NCBI GenBank assembly: GCA_040954595.2
Contig: CM082579.2
Coordinates: 7,491,625-7,555,624 of the forward strand
Source: Balanoglossus misakiensis
Lineage: Eukaryota; Animalia; Hemichordata
Direction: 5' to 3'
Length of the DNA: 64,000 bases
In this document: positions 36,001-50,600 of the stretch, piece after piece
How positions within the stretch are numbered: the stretch's first letter is position 1
Layout: each line of letters begins with the position of its first letter
Position numbers and translations under genes: made by a program
The notes under the pieces: model-generated
The model's input: only the letters and a program-made list of their open reading frames with translations
What the model was told of the DNA's origin: nothing
Database searches by the model: none

Positions 36001-39000
36001 CTCTTGCATATTCATGACACATGTCAAACCTATAATGAACAATATTCATTTTTTAGACGCCATCTTGTCCTGTCATGCCCTATTCTGTCAAGACAAAATA
36101 AAATGCAATAACATGTAGCAAAAGCTCATTGGAGCAGTCTAGCAAGTGGTAAGAAAAGCAAAATTTTGACATAAATGGACTCGTAGCACAGAATCGACTG
36201 GAGAGATAATCATACCTGTATCTGCAGTGTATCTGGAGATCCTTGTAATATCCATCGTAGACCTCCTTGAATGGATCCTTACACAGCGGACTGCTCTCTA
36301 CAATAGACGTGTCCCAGGAATTACTCCAGGGGGAGAGGTTATTATCAATGCACGAGGCTATTCCTTCGTCATGTGGGGGAATAATCTGAAAAATGTTAAG
36401 CATTTAATATTATTAATTGTGAGAATGGGAAAACAATCAGATGCAAGTAAATATTTGGGAGAAACAACATAAAGGTTTTGTAACAACGAAAAAAATAAAC
36501 TCATGCGTGATAAAATAAAATGGTGGCAATAAATACAATATAATAAACCAGCTGTTCAGTCGACAAGCTCAGATCAATTTTCTAGAAGAGATTTTTTTTG
36601 ACTAAAAATACTGCACCGACAGACTAATCCATCAGACAGCTGGTCATCTCCTGGTACATGTATTAAAATACCATACTCAAATTCCAATAATTATTTTTAA
36701 TTTTAAACAAGCAGATGACATTACTGATCTGGTTCAGACAGTTACCCCCATTTCACCCTAAGGCTTTCACATTACATTGTATTTTCTCGGCAGCTGTATT
36801 ATTTCAAAGGTTTGTGAGGTGCAACTTCAAAGGACGACAAGTGCATTGATAAAATTATTTGTGACTCTACTTTCAATTTATGCCACCAAAATATACATAC
36901 ACATTCCAATATCATATGTTGATTTTTTGCTCATACCGGTACATGTATCGACAAAATCAAAGAAACACCTAATTATTCACTCAAAGATTTGAGACAGCTG
37001 TAATTTGCCACTACAGCTGTACGCTGACAGCACATACTATCCTCAGATATTTTATGGAGGTCAGGGCTCTGGTGTCCAGTTTTGTCTGCCACAAACATGG
37101 CTGCCACTGATTGTTTTGAATTGGATGGTTACAATTTCTTTTATGTACATGATATCTATACTGTATTTGTTATCTTTAAATTTTCAAGGATGTGGATTGA
37201 AAATCTCATAGTAAAATATCATGGCTACTGGATTTTAATAGAACTCAGACATTTTGACTGAAGCATGCAGTCACTCAGTTAGGCATGTATTGTTCAAATC
37301 ACACTGAACACAGAAAGCTCTCCTCCTTTCTCCCTCTTACTGATCTGGTGATTACAAACCTGAGCTCCATTATCCCAGTAAACTTTGTAGCCGTTGTCTC
37401 CCTTGGGATTGTGGGAGGGTGTCACCATGATACCAGCAGCACACCCAAACTTGATCACTCCGTACGCCTAAAAATACAATGACAATTAACTGAGTATCGC
37501 TTTTGAAAAGGGCAGGTTAGCAGTGCATTGGTTGTTAGAAAACATTGTTTCACATGCATGTTTTTCTTCATGAACCCATGCACACATGCAGAGATATAAA
37601 CTTCCAGGAACTGTTACCCGGTCAGGTGATATTCAAAACTTGAGCTGACAACATGTTCCTTTGTGTTTCTTAATGCAAAAATGATGCACATCACGCGACA
37701 ATGACTTGAGCAAACACCCAAAAAGTACTTACAACAAACGGAGTTGGTGTGATTTGTGAAAACAGATACACAGGAACATCAGCATGGAGGAATATACATG
37801 CAGCCAGATGTGCAAACCTAAAAACGCGACAAAAATACCATTTGAGTTGAGATATGCACTTATGTGTTGACTTGGTTACTTGAAGGGATAGTAGCTGTAA
37901 ATGTCTTATGCACCTTTTAATATTTGACAAACACATGTCAATCTCTTTCCTTGAGTATAAGCATAATTTTTTAAATCATTGGCTAATGAAGCCCCATAAC
38001 ATCCAATCAGAATAACCCACTCTTCAACCAATCAGATTTCATCTTTCTTTGAATGGATATTTCCCCATATCTGCCCCTTTTTCTGTGTTTCTCTCTGGGG
38101 CAGGGAGCAGTCAAGATCTTTCACAGGAGGGGCATTGTGGATACTGGATTATCAGTTAGGAAGAAAATGATCCCCTTACCTTTTACTATTATATCTGTGA
38201 TCATGACCTATGACCACCCCTTTGTCTTTCAGTGACAAAATACTGGATTCAAGATGCCTGAGAAGACCCTGCAGTGAAAAAAAATTAAACAATAAAAGTC
38301 TTCCAATTTCAATAAGAACATGCAACAGATCGCGCTGAAATGGTTATCAAGATAGCGCGAATACTATTTACTCTAAAAATATCAAGCTGAAGCCAATATT
38401 TGCTGTACCTAAACCCAAGCTTACCTGAGTACTTTGTATAATTGTGAGATCATTCATTCGCGAGTACCCTGCACCCATTGGAGCACGAAGACCTGTCAAT
38501 CAATCAATCAATCAATCAAACGTTAGATACCAAGAGTCAAGACTTCAAGGAAATATCCCCTTCCATTGAAAAATGTCACACTCAAGAATCAATGGAATTA
38601 TATTTCCCTTTGTACGGTAATAATCAAGTTGGTCATTTTCAGTCCAATGTATAATTTTTGCATTATTTTTAAACAGGAACGGTTATCTTGTTAAAAGCTG
38701 AGATATATTAGTTAAGTGGATGACAAATCAACTTTGACAGCATGTTTTTCTAAAAATATTTTTTTCAGATAACATGAGCAAACATGACATAAATTCCCAG
38801 CTAGCTCATTCTGAAGACAACATGCTCTGTTTGTGCTTTGCATCTTGATTTACTGTGTGACAAGAAAATGCCTGAGGTGTCGGACTGCAAAGTTTATAAT
38901 GCTCTCCTGGTATATGCTTGGAAGTCTGTAATTTGAGGGAAAGCAACAGCAAAAAAGTAGAAGTATGTTGTTTTGATTTTGAAAGAAAAATCTCACTCCT

Positions 39001-42000
39001 ACCAGTGATATATAAGTAAAGATAAGTGTTTAATTGAAAAATGACTACAAAAATCTATTGGAAGTGTCTGGTGTATGTCTTTCTGTGTCTGTACACAAAG
39101 CCACCTTGTTAAGTCATAACCTTAGCCAGGTCAAGCAGAACACTTTGAATATCTATTGTCTCCTTATGTGATGTTTTTTCATGTACATCATAAAGTTGTT
39201 TTTCTCGTTCTTTTATAAAGCTGAAATGTTGATGTCACAACATGCACATCTTGCAATGACACAGCATTACTCAATGTACAGAGTAAACTGGGGAGGGCAG
39301 ATATGCTATCTTCATTTGATAAAGTTATCTCCAATAAGCCACAAATGCATTTTGAGAAATTTTTGTATACATATACATTTGTAAGCAAGAATTGCCAAAG
39401 TTTTCTGTGTGCTATATGTGGATGTGAATTCCAGAATACATGTATGACAGTGTGTGTGTGTACATTTGTATGGTATCTATCTATCTATCTGTCTGTTGTC
39501 TGTCTGGCTGTCTGTCCTGTCTGTATATACAGCAAAACACCACTTTACCTGCCGTGCCAAAGACCAGCCTATGTTCCAGCCTCTTCTTCAACTCATCAAC
39601 ATCTTTTTGTTCAAGTAAGGCGATCAACTCCTTTCTTGTGTTCTCATTCTACAAAACGACAAACATTTGGAGGCATGGTAAATTGGTAATTTAACAGTCA
39701 GCTTGAATAAATTGCTGACTGTTGAAAATAAGTATGGTAAATCAGCTTTCGAAGATCATGCTGATGAATTAGCAAATACTGGTGTATGCACACACCCTTA
39801 GGGCAATAATGGGCATACACTGAAAAAGAAATACTGAGAGTAAATGAAAAGGTAAGAAAAACTGTTACTTTATTTTTCTGATAGAATTGACATTTTCTGG
39901 TCACTGAGAATTGCTGGCTGTAGACTTCCCTGCATTGTTCCCACATTGTTTGTATCATCGTTACATGGTCAGGTCTAATTTCTTTGTGCAAAGAACCAAT
40001 ACCAAATGGGAAGGAAACATCACCCTATTTATATTACTATATGTACTATTATGTGACAACAATGAGAACATGCAAAATAACATTGAGAACTGACTAAATC
40101 ATGCATATTTACTCCTGATAATAAGACTCATGTAGGTACATGTACCAGTATGTCCGCCAGATCATAATTGATACTGATTCAAATTCACAGGAGGTGAAAC
40201 CCAGAATTTGACTGGATCACGGCACATACTAAAAGCAACGAAATGTACGTGATATCATCCAATGCATGCACACACCACGTGTATTTGTTTGCACCAATGT
40301 CACGTGACAACATAAAACAGCTGTCATCCGCATGTGATATTCTATTCTGATGTTAGCCTATTTACTCAAAGGAAATTTTCAGCCATTGTCTACTGCCCTT
40401 TCCTATCAACACCTAGATTCCTTTCCATAGCAATCAATTCTCCTTTCCGGCCATTGTCTTTCCACTGCGATATTCCCCCATACCGCTTTCCCTTCCCCCC
40501 TCCCCATATTCCCATTTTTATATCTCACTGAACACTGACTTTGAACTTGTAATCTATTTGATGTCTTGTACTTTACAGTGACTGCGCACTTTGGTGTAAA
40601 AATAGAAACGATGACCTGAGATGACCTCTAAGTTCATGGTCCAAGAAATGGTATGCAGGTTATTTTCAAGTGGTTTCCCTTTCAAAAACACTGCGTAGGC
40701 ATATTGAACGCATTGATCACAGAAAACAGTTTGGGATACAAAATGTCATTTCAAAGCCACCTGAAATAGTCAAAATACATTGTGTTCCTTTACAGCAAAT
40801 GGTATATTGTTCACAGCGATTTATCAAAATTTATCAAACTTATTTTCAAATAAACAAACAACCAAACCACAATCGTTCACTCTCTTTGACAAAATCCAGG
40901 TAAAAATCATGGGTGTTTTTTTATTGGACTTAGAAAATCAATTCTATCCATTATGACCTCCAAATTTCAGTAGAGGATTATTTAGGCCATCATTGAACCA
41001 TCTGCTGCTAATATTGAGCTGTTGACGTACTCAGCACTAGGAGAATATTTCACTTCTGTAATAAATTTTACCATGGAGGTTGACAGTTTTCGTATTTACA
41101 AAATAAACATTTCAAAATTGGAACACTTTTTTCCTTCCAAGTTCCAAGACACTTTTAAACTCCAAATAAACATTTTCTGTCATTTCATTTTGATTGCCTC
41201 AGACGAGTTCACACACAATCTACCAGCAGCATTTCAACATATACCTATTAGTGGTTTATTGATGACCCCAATGCAAAGGTTTACACAATGATGCAAGCGA
41301 CTGCAGTCATTTCAAATCGTATATTTTTATTTCCAAGCTATCTTTGTATGTATTAGTGAGGCTCTCACAACTGGCTAACACGGACCTGCTATCCAGTTGC
41401 ATGAAGTATTCCTGGCAATCATCCCAGATATGGCAAATTACATTCCATACAACCATTAACAACTGACTGATCTAGTGCAAGCCACCAAAGGGACATCAAA
41501 AGGTTCACGTTAAAAGTAGTTCATACTTGTATACAATACACCAGTTCAGACTTTCATCATCTGCCGTGGATTCACTTCTAAGAATCATATACTTTAAATC
41601 AATCACTGTATTGTTAATTGTCTCTGAGACATGAAAAGGTAGTTTCACTGGGTATTGTATATATTGGCCTTAACCCTAGTTCACGTATTGTTCTTGCATG
41701 CACTCTCATTGGCTACCTATATTTTTTATGAAGTGGATGCCAAAAGTAGACAGATGAGCTCATTGTCACAACCAGATCGGCTTTCTCAACCGACCATTAA
41801 ATTCTGTCCTCCTGTGGAACAATAACAAAAGACCACAAAACTCACAAGTGTTTTGCATACAATACATCCCAAGTCATCCCACCTCTCCACCACTGTCATT
41901 GTTGACAAACTGTTAAAGTCTTTTAACTACCGATTGTACTTTCTGGCCATGGTGGTTATTTGAATACAAATGCCAAAGATATTATCAGCCAAATAATTCA

Positions 42001-44053
42001 TTTGTTTGCTCAATAGTACCTGATATTTTACATGGAAAAATGCCATTTATTACATGGAACACTATTTTTAGAGGATGCAGAAGCTAGCCTGGGTCTGTAA
42101 GATTATAAAACAATGCAAACTTATGGCAGCAACGGCTGAAATAGTGAAACATGGAAAAATGCCCACAGGTACTTTTTCAGCTTAACTCCTATCTACCCCA
42201 CTGCTTACAGATGGATAATATTTGATAACTCTGCACCTATTCAACTTCCAGCGTTATTTCTGTCTCAACCGGTAGCCACTGCCTTGTGTAGTTTCATCAT
42301 TGTGTAACGACAGACGTGTTTGGACAGATTATACATGTATCAATAATTATTCATATAAATGAAGACAATATACAAAACCCGGATATGCAGAAATATCATA
42401 CAGTGAATGTTCTTTATTGGAATTACATGGAGTGAGGGCACACAAATTGCAATGTACATGCGGCCCAGTGGGTCTGGCACTTAGCCAATGGTGGAGAACT
42501 AGGTCTGTCTGCCCTGAATAGAAATTCAAAAGAGTTTTTTATCAAGTGGCATGCACTGGACACGTGGAGACTACGTCAGTGTTGTTGTGTTTATTTCATT
42601 GGCTAACTTACTACATGCAGTCCCACATAACTTTCTTTCATTATGAGATTTATGTTGCATAGCTCTGTTTCAAGCCTGGTCTCAACTGAATGGGTCAGGC
42701 GTCTAAATGCAAAGATAGAACTTTTCTCCAAGAAGTGCCTCTCCAAAAAATGATAACCTATTCTGAAATTTGCATTGCCATGATTTCAAAATAAGGCCAC
42801 TTCAAAAGGGGTCGTCACAAATTTCCAGCATACACCAACGCATAGACACTATTCTAACATACGTCACTTAATAACCAACCTGGGAAAAAAATTATGGTAA
42901 TAAAAGTAATGGTGCAAAACCTATGGTCTTGCTTGAAATAAAGTTAGAGAAAACTGACAAACTCCCAACTTTTGCAAAGTTGAATAGAAGCATTTGTCCA
43001 TATGAACAGGTGATTTCATAATAGTTGTCTAAGTTTGCATGAATGCCAATTTCTTCCCTATCATCCAGTTTCCATTTTTAATATAAAGTAAACAAATTTG
43101 CATATAATGCAATGCAGCTGTCATGTTTTAAGCAAAGTAAACAACAGCATATCTCGATCACGCCACCACTCTGTAACTGTGAACATGCATCGACCACCGG
43201 TGCGTCAGCAATAATAATCTAATCTAATCCAATCTAATCATCGATCCATCCATCCATGCACACATATAAATCAATAAATGTATCCATACTACTATTTTCA
43301 CTGATGCAATACCTTGCAATTCTTGCAGTCACAAGAAATGTAGAAGTACCCGTTTGTGTACGTATAATATAAGTGTTGTTTTTTTAAAATACACAATTGG
43401 CTCCGGTTGACAACGTGCAAGGGGGATGGGTCAGTGGGTGCGCGAGCCTGCCTCGGTCACGTACTATAGTATTACAGCCGAAATTATGAAAGGTCGCCGA
43501 TTCAATATGTGATCTAGACGTCCTGTGTGCACTGAACACACGATGTGTTTATCTAACACAAACAACAGAACCTCTCATAAAAGAGATGCGGTATCATTAG
43601 ACTAATTACAGATGGTAGTCTGGAAACACGCTCCCCCTCAGAGAGAGTTGTTTACTTGGGTACGATGTCAAAGTTTAATCTCAAAGTGTATACGCTTTAT
43701 GTTGAGAGTGTACCCAAGTAAACAACTCTCTCTGAGGGGGAGCGTGTTTCCAGACTACCATCTGTAATTAGTCTAATGATACCGCATCTCTTTTATGAGA
43801 GGTTCTGTTGTTTGTGTTAGATAAACACATCGTGTGTTCAGTGCACACAGGACGTCTAGATCACATATTGAATCGGCGACCTTTCATAATTTCGGCTGTA
43901 CATCGTGTCTTAGAACTTGGACACTGCTTGAAGTTGCCAACTACAGTGCAAAATGATATTTGGCATTCAACCTACCTGGTCCCACTCTAACCACTGCTGG
44001 ACCTTCTTATCCAAGCTCACACAGCCGGTGTCAATTCTTGTTTCATCGGTCAT
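33007..44053 (-). CDS. PGM2: Phosphoglucomutase-2 / phosphopentomutase (PGM2/PGM2L1 family), 15 exons
   Basis: Exon 1 [26 protein letters not shown] (43976-44053); [30 protein letters not shown]; catalytic [19 protein letters not shown] (about 37360-37467); metal loop ANDPDADR; [11 protein letters not shown]; FAFEEAIG; DKDG; [13 protein letters not shown]; stop at 33007-33009. Confidence 0.95.
43473..43900. mobile_element. Tc1/mariner-type MITE, 424 bp, perfect 189-bp inverted arms, TA TSD
   Basis: TA|CAGCCGAAATTATG...CTTGGGTAC (43475-43663), a 46-bp spacer, then GTACCCAAG...CATAATTTCGGCTG|TA (43710-43898). No mismatch was seen between the arms. CAG...CTG ends with flanking TA are typical of Tc1/mariner. 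Confidence 0.88.
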
Positions 44054-44671
44054 GTTGTCACGAAATGGATCAACCCCTTCAGATCAGTTTCACCTGGGGT
44101 GTTAATGTTGAACCGTAATATGATAATCGTTGCGCCGTGTGCTTGATCAGTTCAGTGAACATCAACGGTAAATACCTGAGTTGACGGTGTAAATTTTTGT
44201 TGGAGAATTCTGTGGTGTGATTCAGAGTAGAGTTTCAAGTTTGGGTGACACGTCGTTGGGTACGCTGTTCGCTTCTCCATGCGTTATCACTCGCTACACT
44301 CTTCGAGCAGACTGCACAACACTGGTGATCACAGTCAGTGCAGTCAGTGTATGTAACCCTCGTGACCTAGTTTTTGACGTCACTATCACCACATGGTAAG
44401 CAACTGCTTTACGTCGTTTGCGTTAATTTTCACCCTTTAGCGGCATGACGTAAACTCAACCTTTTTACGGCGCGTGTGACGTCAAACACCGGCTGGTGTT
44501 TGCGACGTATCGTAAGCAAGTATAATTCGGCATTTGCCAACTTGTCAGATATCAGGAGTGTGTGTCTATTTCGATCACGGTACGTACGCCGGTAGTTGCC
44601 AGTTTTTCTGAGTTTTGTACGCCTATAAATTACTGTTTGATTTGATCGTCGCACTTAGCAGAAGTATCAAG
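44054..44671. promoter_or_regulatory. Bidirectional PGM2/STARD10 promoter with CRE/ATF sites
   Basis: Divergent ATGs 618 bp apart; TGACGTCA at 44375-44382 and 44477-44484, TGACGTAA at 44446-44453; CpG-rich relative to the introns. Confidence 0.6.
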
Positions 44672-47600
44672 ATGCCTCTCGCGGTCGGTGAGGTTAGAAT
44701 TCCAGATGATGAAGATTTCAGGGAGTTTATAAAGTTAGCAGAAGAACACGAAGGTTGGACACAGCAGTATTCAAAGAGCGGCGGTACAACAGTATGGACG
44801 AGAGAGGGAACCAGTTCAGCTATAAAAATGTTCAAGGTATGTACACATTCAACATAGGTATGGTCACATTGGCGCACTTTTTATTATAGAAAGTGATTGT
44901 TTGGTTATTAAAAAGGAGAATGTTTGTATTTTACATTTATGATTTCTTTACATCATTATGATCATATCAGTGTCACTGACATCACTTAAATTTGTTTTAA
45001 AATTTTGATGTGTACCATTGTAAATAGATCTGTTTGAACATATTCAGTCTAGTGTTTCAACCACCTGTTTTTCGTAGTGAAATACAAATCGCATTAAGTT
45101 GTTATGAACATCTTACGATCTTATATAGAAATGAAACAGTGTTCCGTTTCAATGATAAAGGAATCCCTTTATCTTTGACGATTATAACGGATTGTGACTG
45201 AAACCACTATGTGTGTGTATAACCTTTGAGGTACAATTAAAAGTTAAAATGAGGCCGGTAATATAAAGGAAACATACACAATTTATCAATCTGTAAGGGA
45301 AGTCTTAGACAAGATAGTAAATTAGCACTATTTGTCTCGATGATTTGTCAGGTATGTTAATTTTGTTATTCAGGAAATGTTATGAAGTCCCATCCACCCA
45401 CGGTGGCATGGTTACACCAATCCCCTCTCCCACAAACACACTGCCACAAATAGCAGCCTGACTCAGAATAGGTATTTGTGAAGGTCAGCTCACTTTTATT
45501 GTTGTGCAAATGTTTGGTGTTGTCACTGCGTACGTCATATGTGGGAGGGGACGTGCAGAAAGGAAAGTCTGAATGACTGATCAAGTGATGCTGTGAAACA
45601 GCTGGCCAGTTGTGAATGATACCCACATTACATGAACGAAGCCGGTGAGTTCGTTCATTCATCGGAGGTTTCCACGTTGGAAAAAAAAAATTGCCCGGAT
45701 TTGCTGGTACTGACTAACATGTTATTTTTACTGGTCAAATTGCCATTTCACAATGTTCTGTCTATTTCAGGGAGGAGAAAAAATCCAAAAATTAAATTTT
45801 CCCTGCCCTTACAATATTCGATATTAAATTGTACATTAAATGCCATCATACAATAGACAGGGTCATAGCTTATAAAATATTCATAGTCATTTTGAATTTA
45901 AACAGTATTAATTAATGGTACTGAAAATTGTGTGAGTGACGAGAACGTCGATAGAATGTGTGGAGGGTTAATTGTATTCAAACAACGTTTAAAAAATCCT
46001 ATTGATTCTGACACATGTACTGGATGGAAAGAAAGACATATATTATTCAGGTATTGACGTAGTTCCCACAGTATGTTGCCAGCAGACCCGTTTTGGTGGT
46101 ATTTTTTCAGAATATATTATTAAAGCCTTGAATTGATTGAGTTATTTTGGTGTTATGTATTTTGTTGTTAATTTTTCCTGCCATCTGTCTGTTTTAAAAG
46201 AATACATCTTGATGTGTTGGGATGGAAAGACATATAGGTTAAGTGCAACAAGTACAATTATAATTTAAGGGATTCCGAGTACAGAATTGAAATCGTCGTA
46301 GCCATAGGAAGCCATTATGACATCAAATTTCTCACATGACAAATTTTTATTCGTATTTTGTTTCCACACACTGAGCACACATACATCAGAATTAGATATT
46401 TATGTGTCGGCGTCTGTTTTTTATGTGTGCTCACTTTGAAAACGCCAGAAGCCATGTCCACCAAACAGTTCATCAATAATTAGCTGATGATCCCTGATAG
46501 TGTTTGAATTACAATATTATCCTTTCACCTGGCTGGCCATTTTGTTGTAGTTGACCATACTTGACCATTGCGGAGACCATTGCTTGCACTCATCGAAAGT
46601 AGAGCTGGATTTTTGGCAAAATTCCTTCAGTAACAACCTGTAACTTTGCGAAAGAAGTGTAGAACACAAGGCGATCAGGACTGGAGGAAAATTTGAATTT
46701 GTCACTGTGTCACTTAATCAAATGTTGCTATCACTACAGTATCAGGTTAGATATGTTTTAGATTAATTTTTCACCAGCAGGTTTATTTTGATGTTTGCGG
46801 AAGTTAGAGGTCAGGCCACCTGTATCACAGTATAAGAAGATACAGGGTTTGACGGAGAACATAAATAATAGTAGGGTGACATCCACATGCCACACCCAGG
46901 GGATAGATATCTTTCTGGGGGCAAAGTTTGGCAGGGGGAAGAATACAACTGCAGAATTATTTTCATAAATATCACTTAACATACAAATGTCTAGATTTAC
47001 CCTAAGGGCCTAGTGTTAGATACAGGCCAGGAAACAGGTCACGATGTTCTAAAACAATGCCGGCCTCTTTCTGTGACAGCCCACTCAAGACACTCCACAT
47101 TCTGTTGTTGTTATTTGGTAGGTTGTCAGTGTGGTTGTAAACACTGCTGTTGTTGCTACGGTCACAGTTGAGTCTGGTTTCAGACCTGTCAAACATTGTA
47201 CTTGGTTGAATTGAAAATGGAACTAAATAAAACCCGACATAACAATTCTTTGCTGGCTCAAATTCATAAATTAAAAAAAAATGTGAGTCATCTAAAAGAA
47301 GGTTCGACGCTGATGAGTTTATTCATTATCAAAGGAATTATTCTTGGCATATTTATTTCTACAGTACAGAATATAACGCAACCCTGAAGACATTATTGAC
47401 AGTTTCAGTTTGTGAACAGTTAAAGCATTTTACGTTTTCTACTGTGACAGAGGTCAGTTTAGGAGAGGAAATTCCTATGTAATATCGCATGCAAATTAGT
47501 TTTAATATATGCAAATGAGGAATGAATGTCAAGGTAAACTGCTGTGATGACTGATTATGACACACTTCTTCGTCATTTTGCCGCAGGTGCAGACAGAAAA

Positions 47601-50600
47601 TTAAAATCATCTAAAATTAATGAGTACGATAAAAATAGTGCAAAGGTTTTATTAGTCAGTCTTTTTGGTGATAATTATGATAATTATCATTATCAGTTGT
47701 ATTGTGTATGGTGCGTGTATTGTAATGGACTTAGATGTTGGGCCTGAAGACCTGTAAAATTAAACCTACAGTACGGTAGTTAATAATTGTCAAGGAGAAA
47801 TATATAGGACGCCTTGGTTAATACAAGCCAACTTTTGTAGAGTTGTGAAAATGATACGTGTATGTCATTTCCCGACATTGTTGAGTTTATGCTGGTACGT
47901 GATGTATTCGAGGAAAGGGCTGGATTGATTGGTCTGACTTTATATAAAAAAATCAGATGTATCACTGAGCCAGGAGTATAGGGTCAGTGTCTTGTGTGTA
48001 TAATACCTGTAGTGTTCAATGTGTTTTGGGTGTGTTGGTAAATGAACTATTTCAAAAGTCTTTCACGCAGTTCAGATCCAGAACAGTTTGTTGACGTGCA
48101 CAGAGCAAGTCGAAACAGACATGGATGGAGAAATGCAAATGTACAAATACCATAACCATGGTAACCTGGGGAATACAATGGCGAAAATGACAACACACGA
48201 TAAAATACCGTGTACAATAAAGTGAAAAGTACAATACAAACATAATTACATGTGACAGTGCATTGAGAAATACTGCTCATTCCACTACAGGTAGTAAATA
48301 TCGACCTTGTTTGACCTTACCTGTTGTTATCCTATTCTCTCAGCTCTGTCGTTTGATACAAGTACCTACATGTGTATTAGTTGACCCGTGTCAAAAATAC
48401 AGCTCAGATCTGAGAGAGAATGCTATCAAATATCAGCCCTGGTGATAAAATTGTATAGAGGTACTTGAGTTGTAGTTGTTTGTTAATGCGATAAACCTTA
48501 ACTTGTTGTCTTTTGTTTATCCTAGCCATAGTTTGATGTCCATGTGTTTCTGTTTTGTTTGTTATGACACACCCAGACCCCTGCTTTCTCAAGTACTGTT
48601 CTTTCCATTGTCATCACATACAGGTATTCTCCATATTTTTTTTATTGTCAGATGCAGTCTGTGTAAAACCAACAAAAGAATGGAGGGGCTTTTTATGAAG
48701 CCCCTACCTGTATAACTCTTTAATAGGCGTGAATTCACCATCAAAAGAAACTCATAAACACCCCACCCCCCTCAAGACCCAAGGATGACAAACAATCTCC
48801 AAGGAGCCTTTCTGCCTTTGTTTTGTTTCTTCCTTCACCAGCTCATTAATTCCTAACATTGTGATATGCTTGAGTAGGCAGTGGGTTTTCTCTAGATTGC
48901 CGTGGGCGTGCATGTCTAAGATATGATATCAGAGCAGTCTGAAATCTAAAGAGACTGCCTTGATATTCTTGCTGACTGTCTACACCTTGTCTGAGATAGT
49001 AGCTTGTACGACAGGTAAACTTATTTCCCCCGAAGTCTACCGTCTTACATCACAGAGTTGATCATAATTTTTGTTTCATTTGTTCTGTATCATTATAAAT
49101 TATCTCTGGTCATAATTCGGGTATGTTTACAAACATAGGCTTTCATATGAGTATTAATCACCCTAAGCATTAAAGTAGCATTCTTTGCAGGTGAAGTCGT
49201 GTGCCTTTGTGTGTTTTTCGAGACACATGGTAGTAGTTTTGAAGCGATTACGTCAGGAGAATACGTCAGTGGATGCAGCATTGACGTCCTCAGTCATTGT
49301 GAAATCGGAAGGTCCATTAGGACGCGGCAATTGACATCTCTCTGAGTGAACAGAAGGAAAATCAACATGAAAGCTACTAGTACCCATACGTTTTGTTTAA
49401 TAGGGCTGTTATTAGAAACGGCTTCCTGATATTTGCGAATCAAATTATTTGTGAAATCGGACAACACTTGGTTTATCTGGAAGTTCAGTTTCAGTTGAAA
49501 ATGTTGGGGATGGAGCGTTGCCCTTGGAAATTATACTGCGGAAGGACCTGATAATTTATGGTGTAAATGAGAAAGATAAAGCTGGAGATGAGGGATTTCA
49601 TTCAGGGGAAATGAAATCATTGATTTGCTGTGTGTTCGTGGAATGTGTAACGTTTCAATCGCAAAGCCAGTATAATTGATGATCATGGCAGTGTCAGAGA
49701 AGAAGTACAGATCGATGGTTAGTGGCATTATGTACTGGAGAGCTGGTGTGTAATATAAAACTGTTGTTTCTGCCCAGTGATAATCGCGCTGATATGAAAC
49801 GGTAGACGTCAGCAGTATCAAATTGCATTCGGCAAATTGTCACTTCACGTTACAACATGACAGAGAGGTGGAAATCAATTTACTCCAAAAAAATGTTATA
49901 TGTACAGCATGTTTTTAGTTTTGGAAGCAAAGCTGACCCCTTTCCCTGATCATTGGTTCGACCTGACCACTGGTAAGCAATGGGGTTATACCAAAATTCA
50001 GCGCTGAACGGGTCAGACCTTGTGGAAGCAATGTGTACCCAGAACACGGCACACTGTACGTGTTCCAAAACATGCGTCAGAGGAATATTTGACGTCATGG
50101 CAATCTTAGTCTAAGTGCAGCATGTACATGTAGTAAGCATAGCTCTTTTGACCCATGAAAAATTGTGATCCAGCTTCGAGACGGATGCAAAACAAACATG
50201 TTTAATTGCATCTGCAAATAAAGTGAAACAAGAAAATCATTGTGGAGAGTTTCTCGCTTCAGATTCGTCACTGAAAATTGTTCACTCTGAGCGTCACAGG
50301 GAGCCATAGATTTTTTTCTCTCATAAATACCAGTATTGATATTATTAGATTAACCGTAATTATCAAGTATTCAAGACTCGGCTACTGTGTAGAGGGAGGT
50401 CAACGACATCGCTGAATTGCATTATTCATTCAGTGTAATCAATTACCTGAATACATTGCTAATGACTACTTCCCACATATTAACACTATATCGCAATGAC
50501 ACTGTAAATTAGCTTTTTCTGCACAACTGCATAACGTAAACATCTCTTCCTCAGTAAATCCTTCCGAGCACTTCCTTTCGAGGAATTGCATCAAAAAAGG

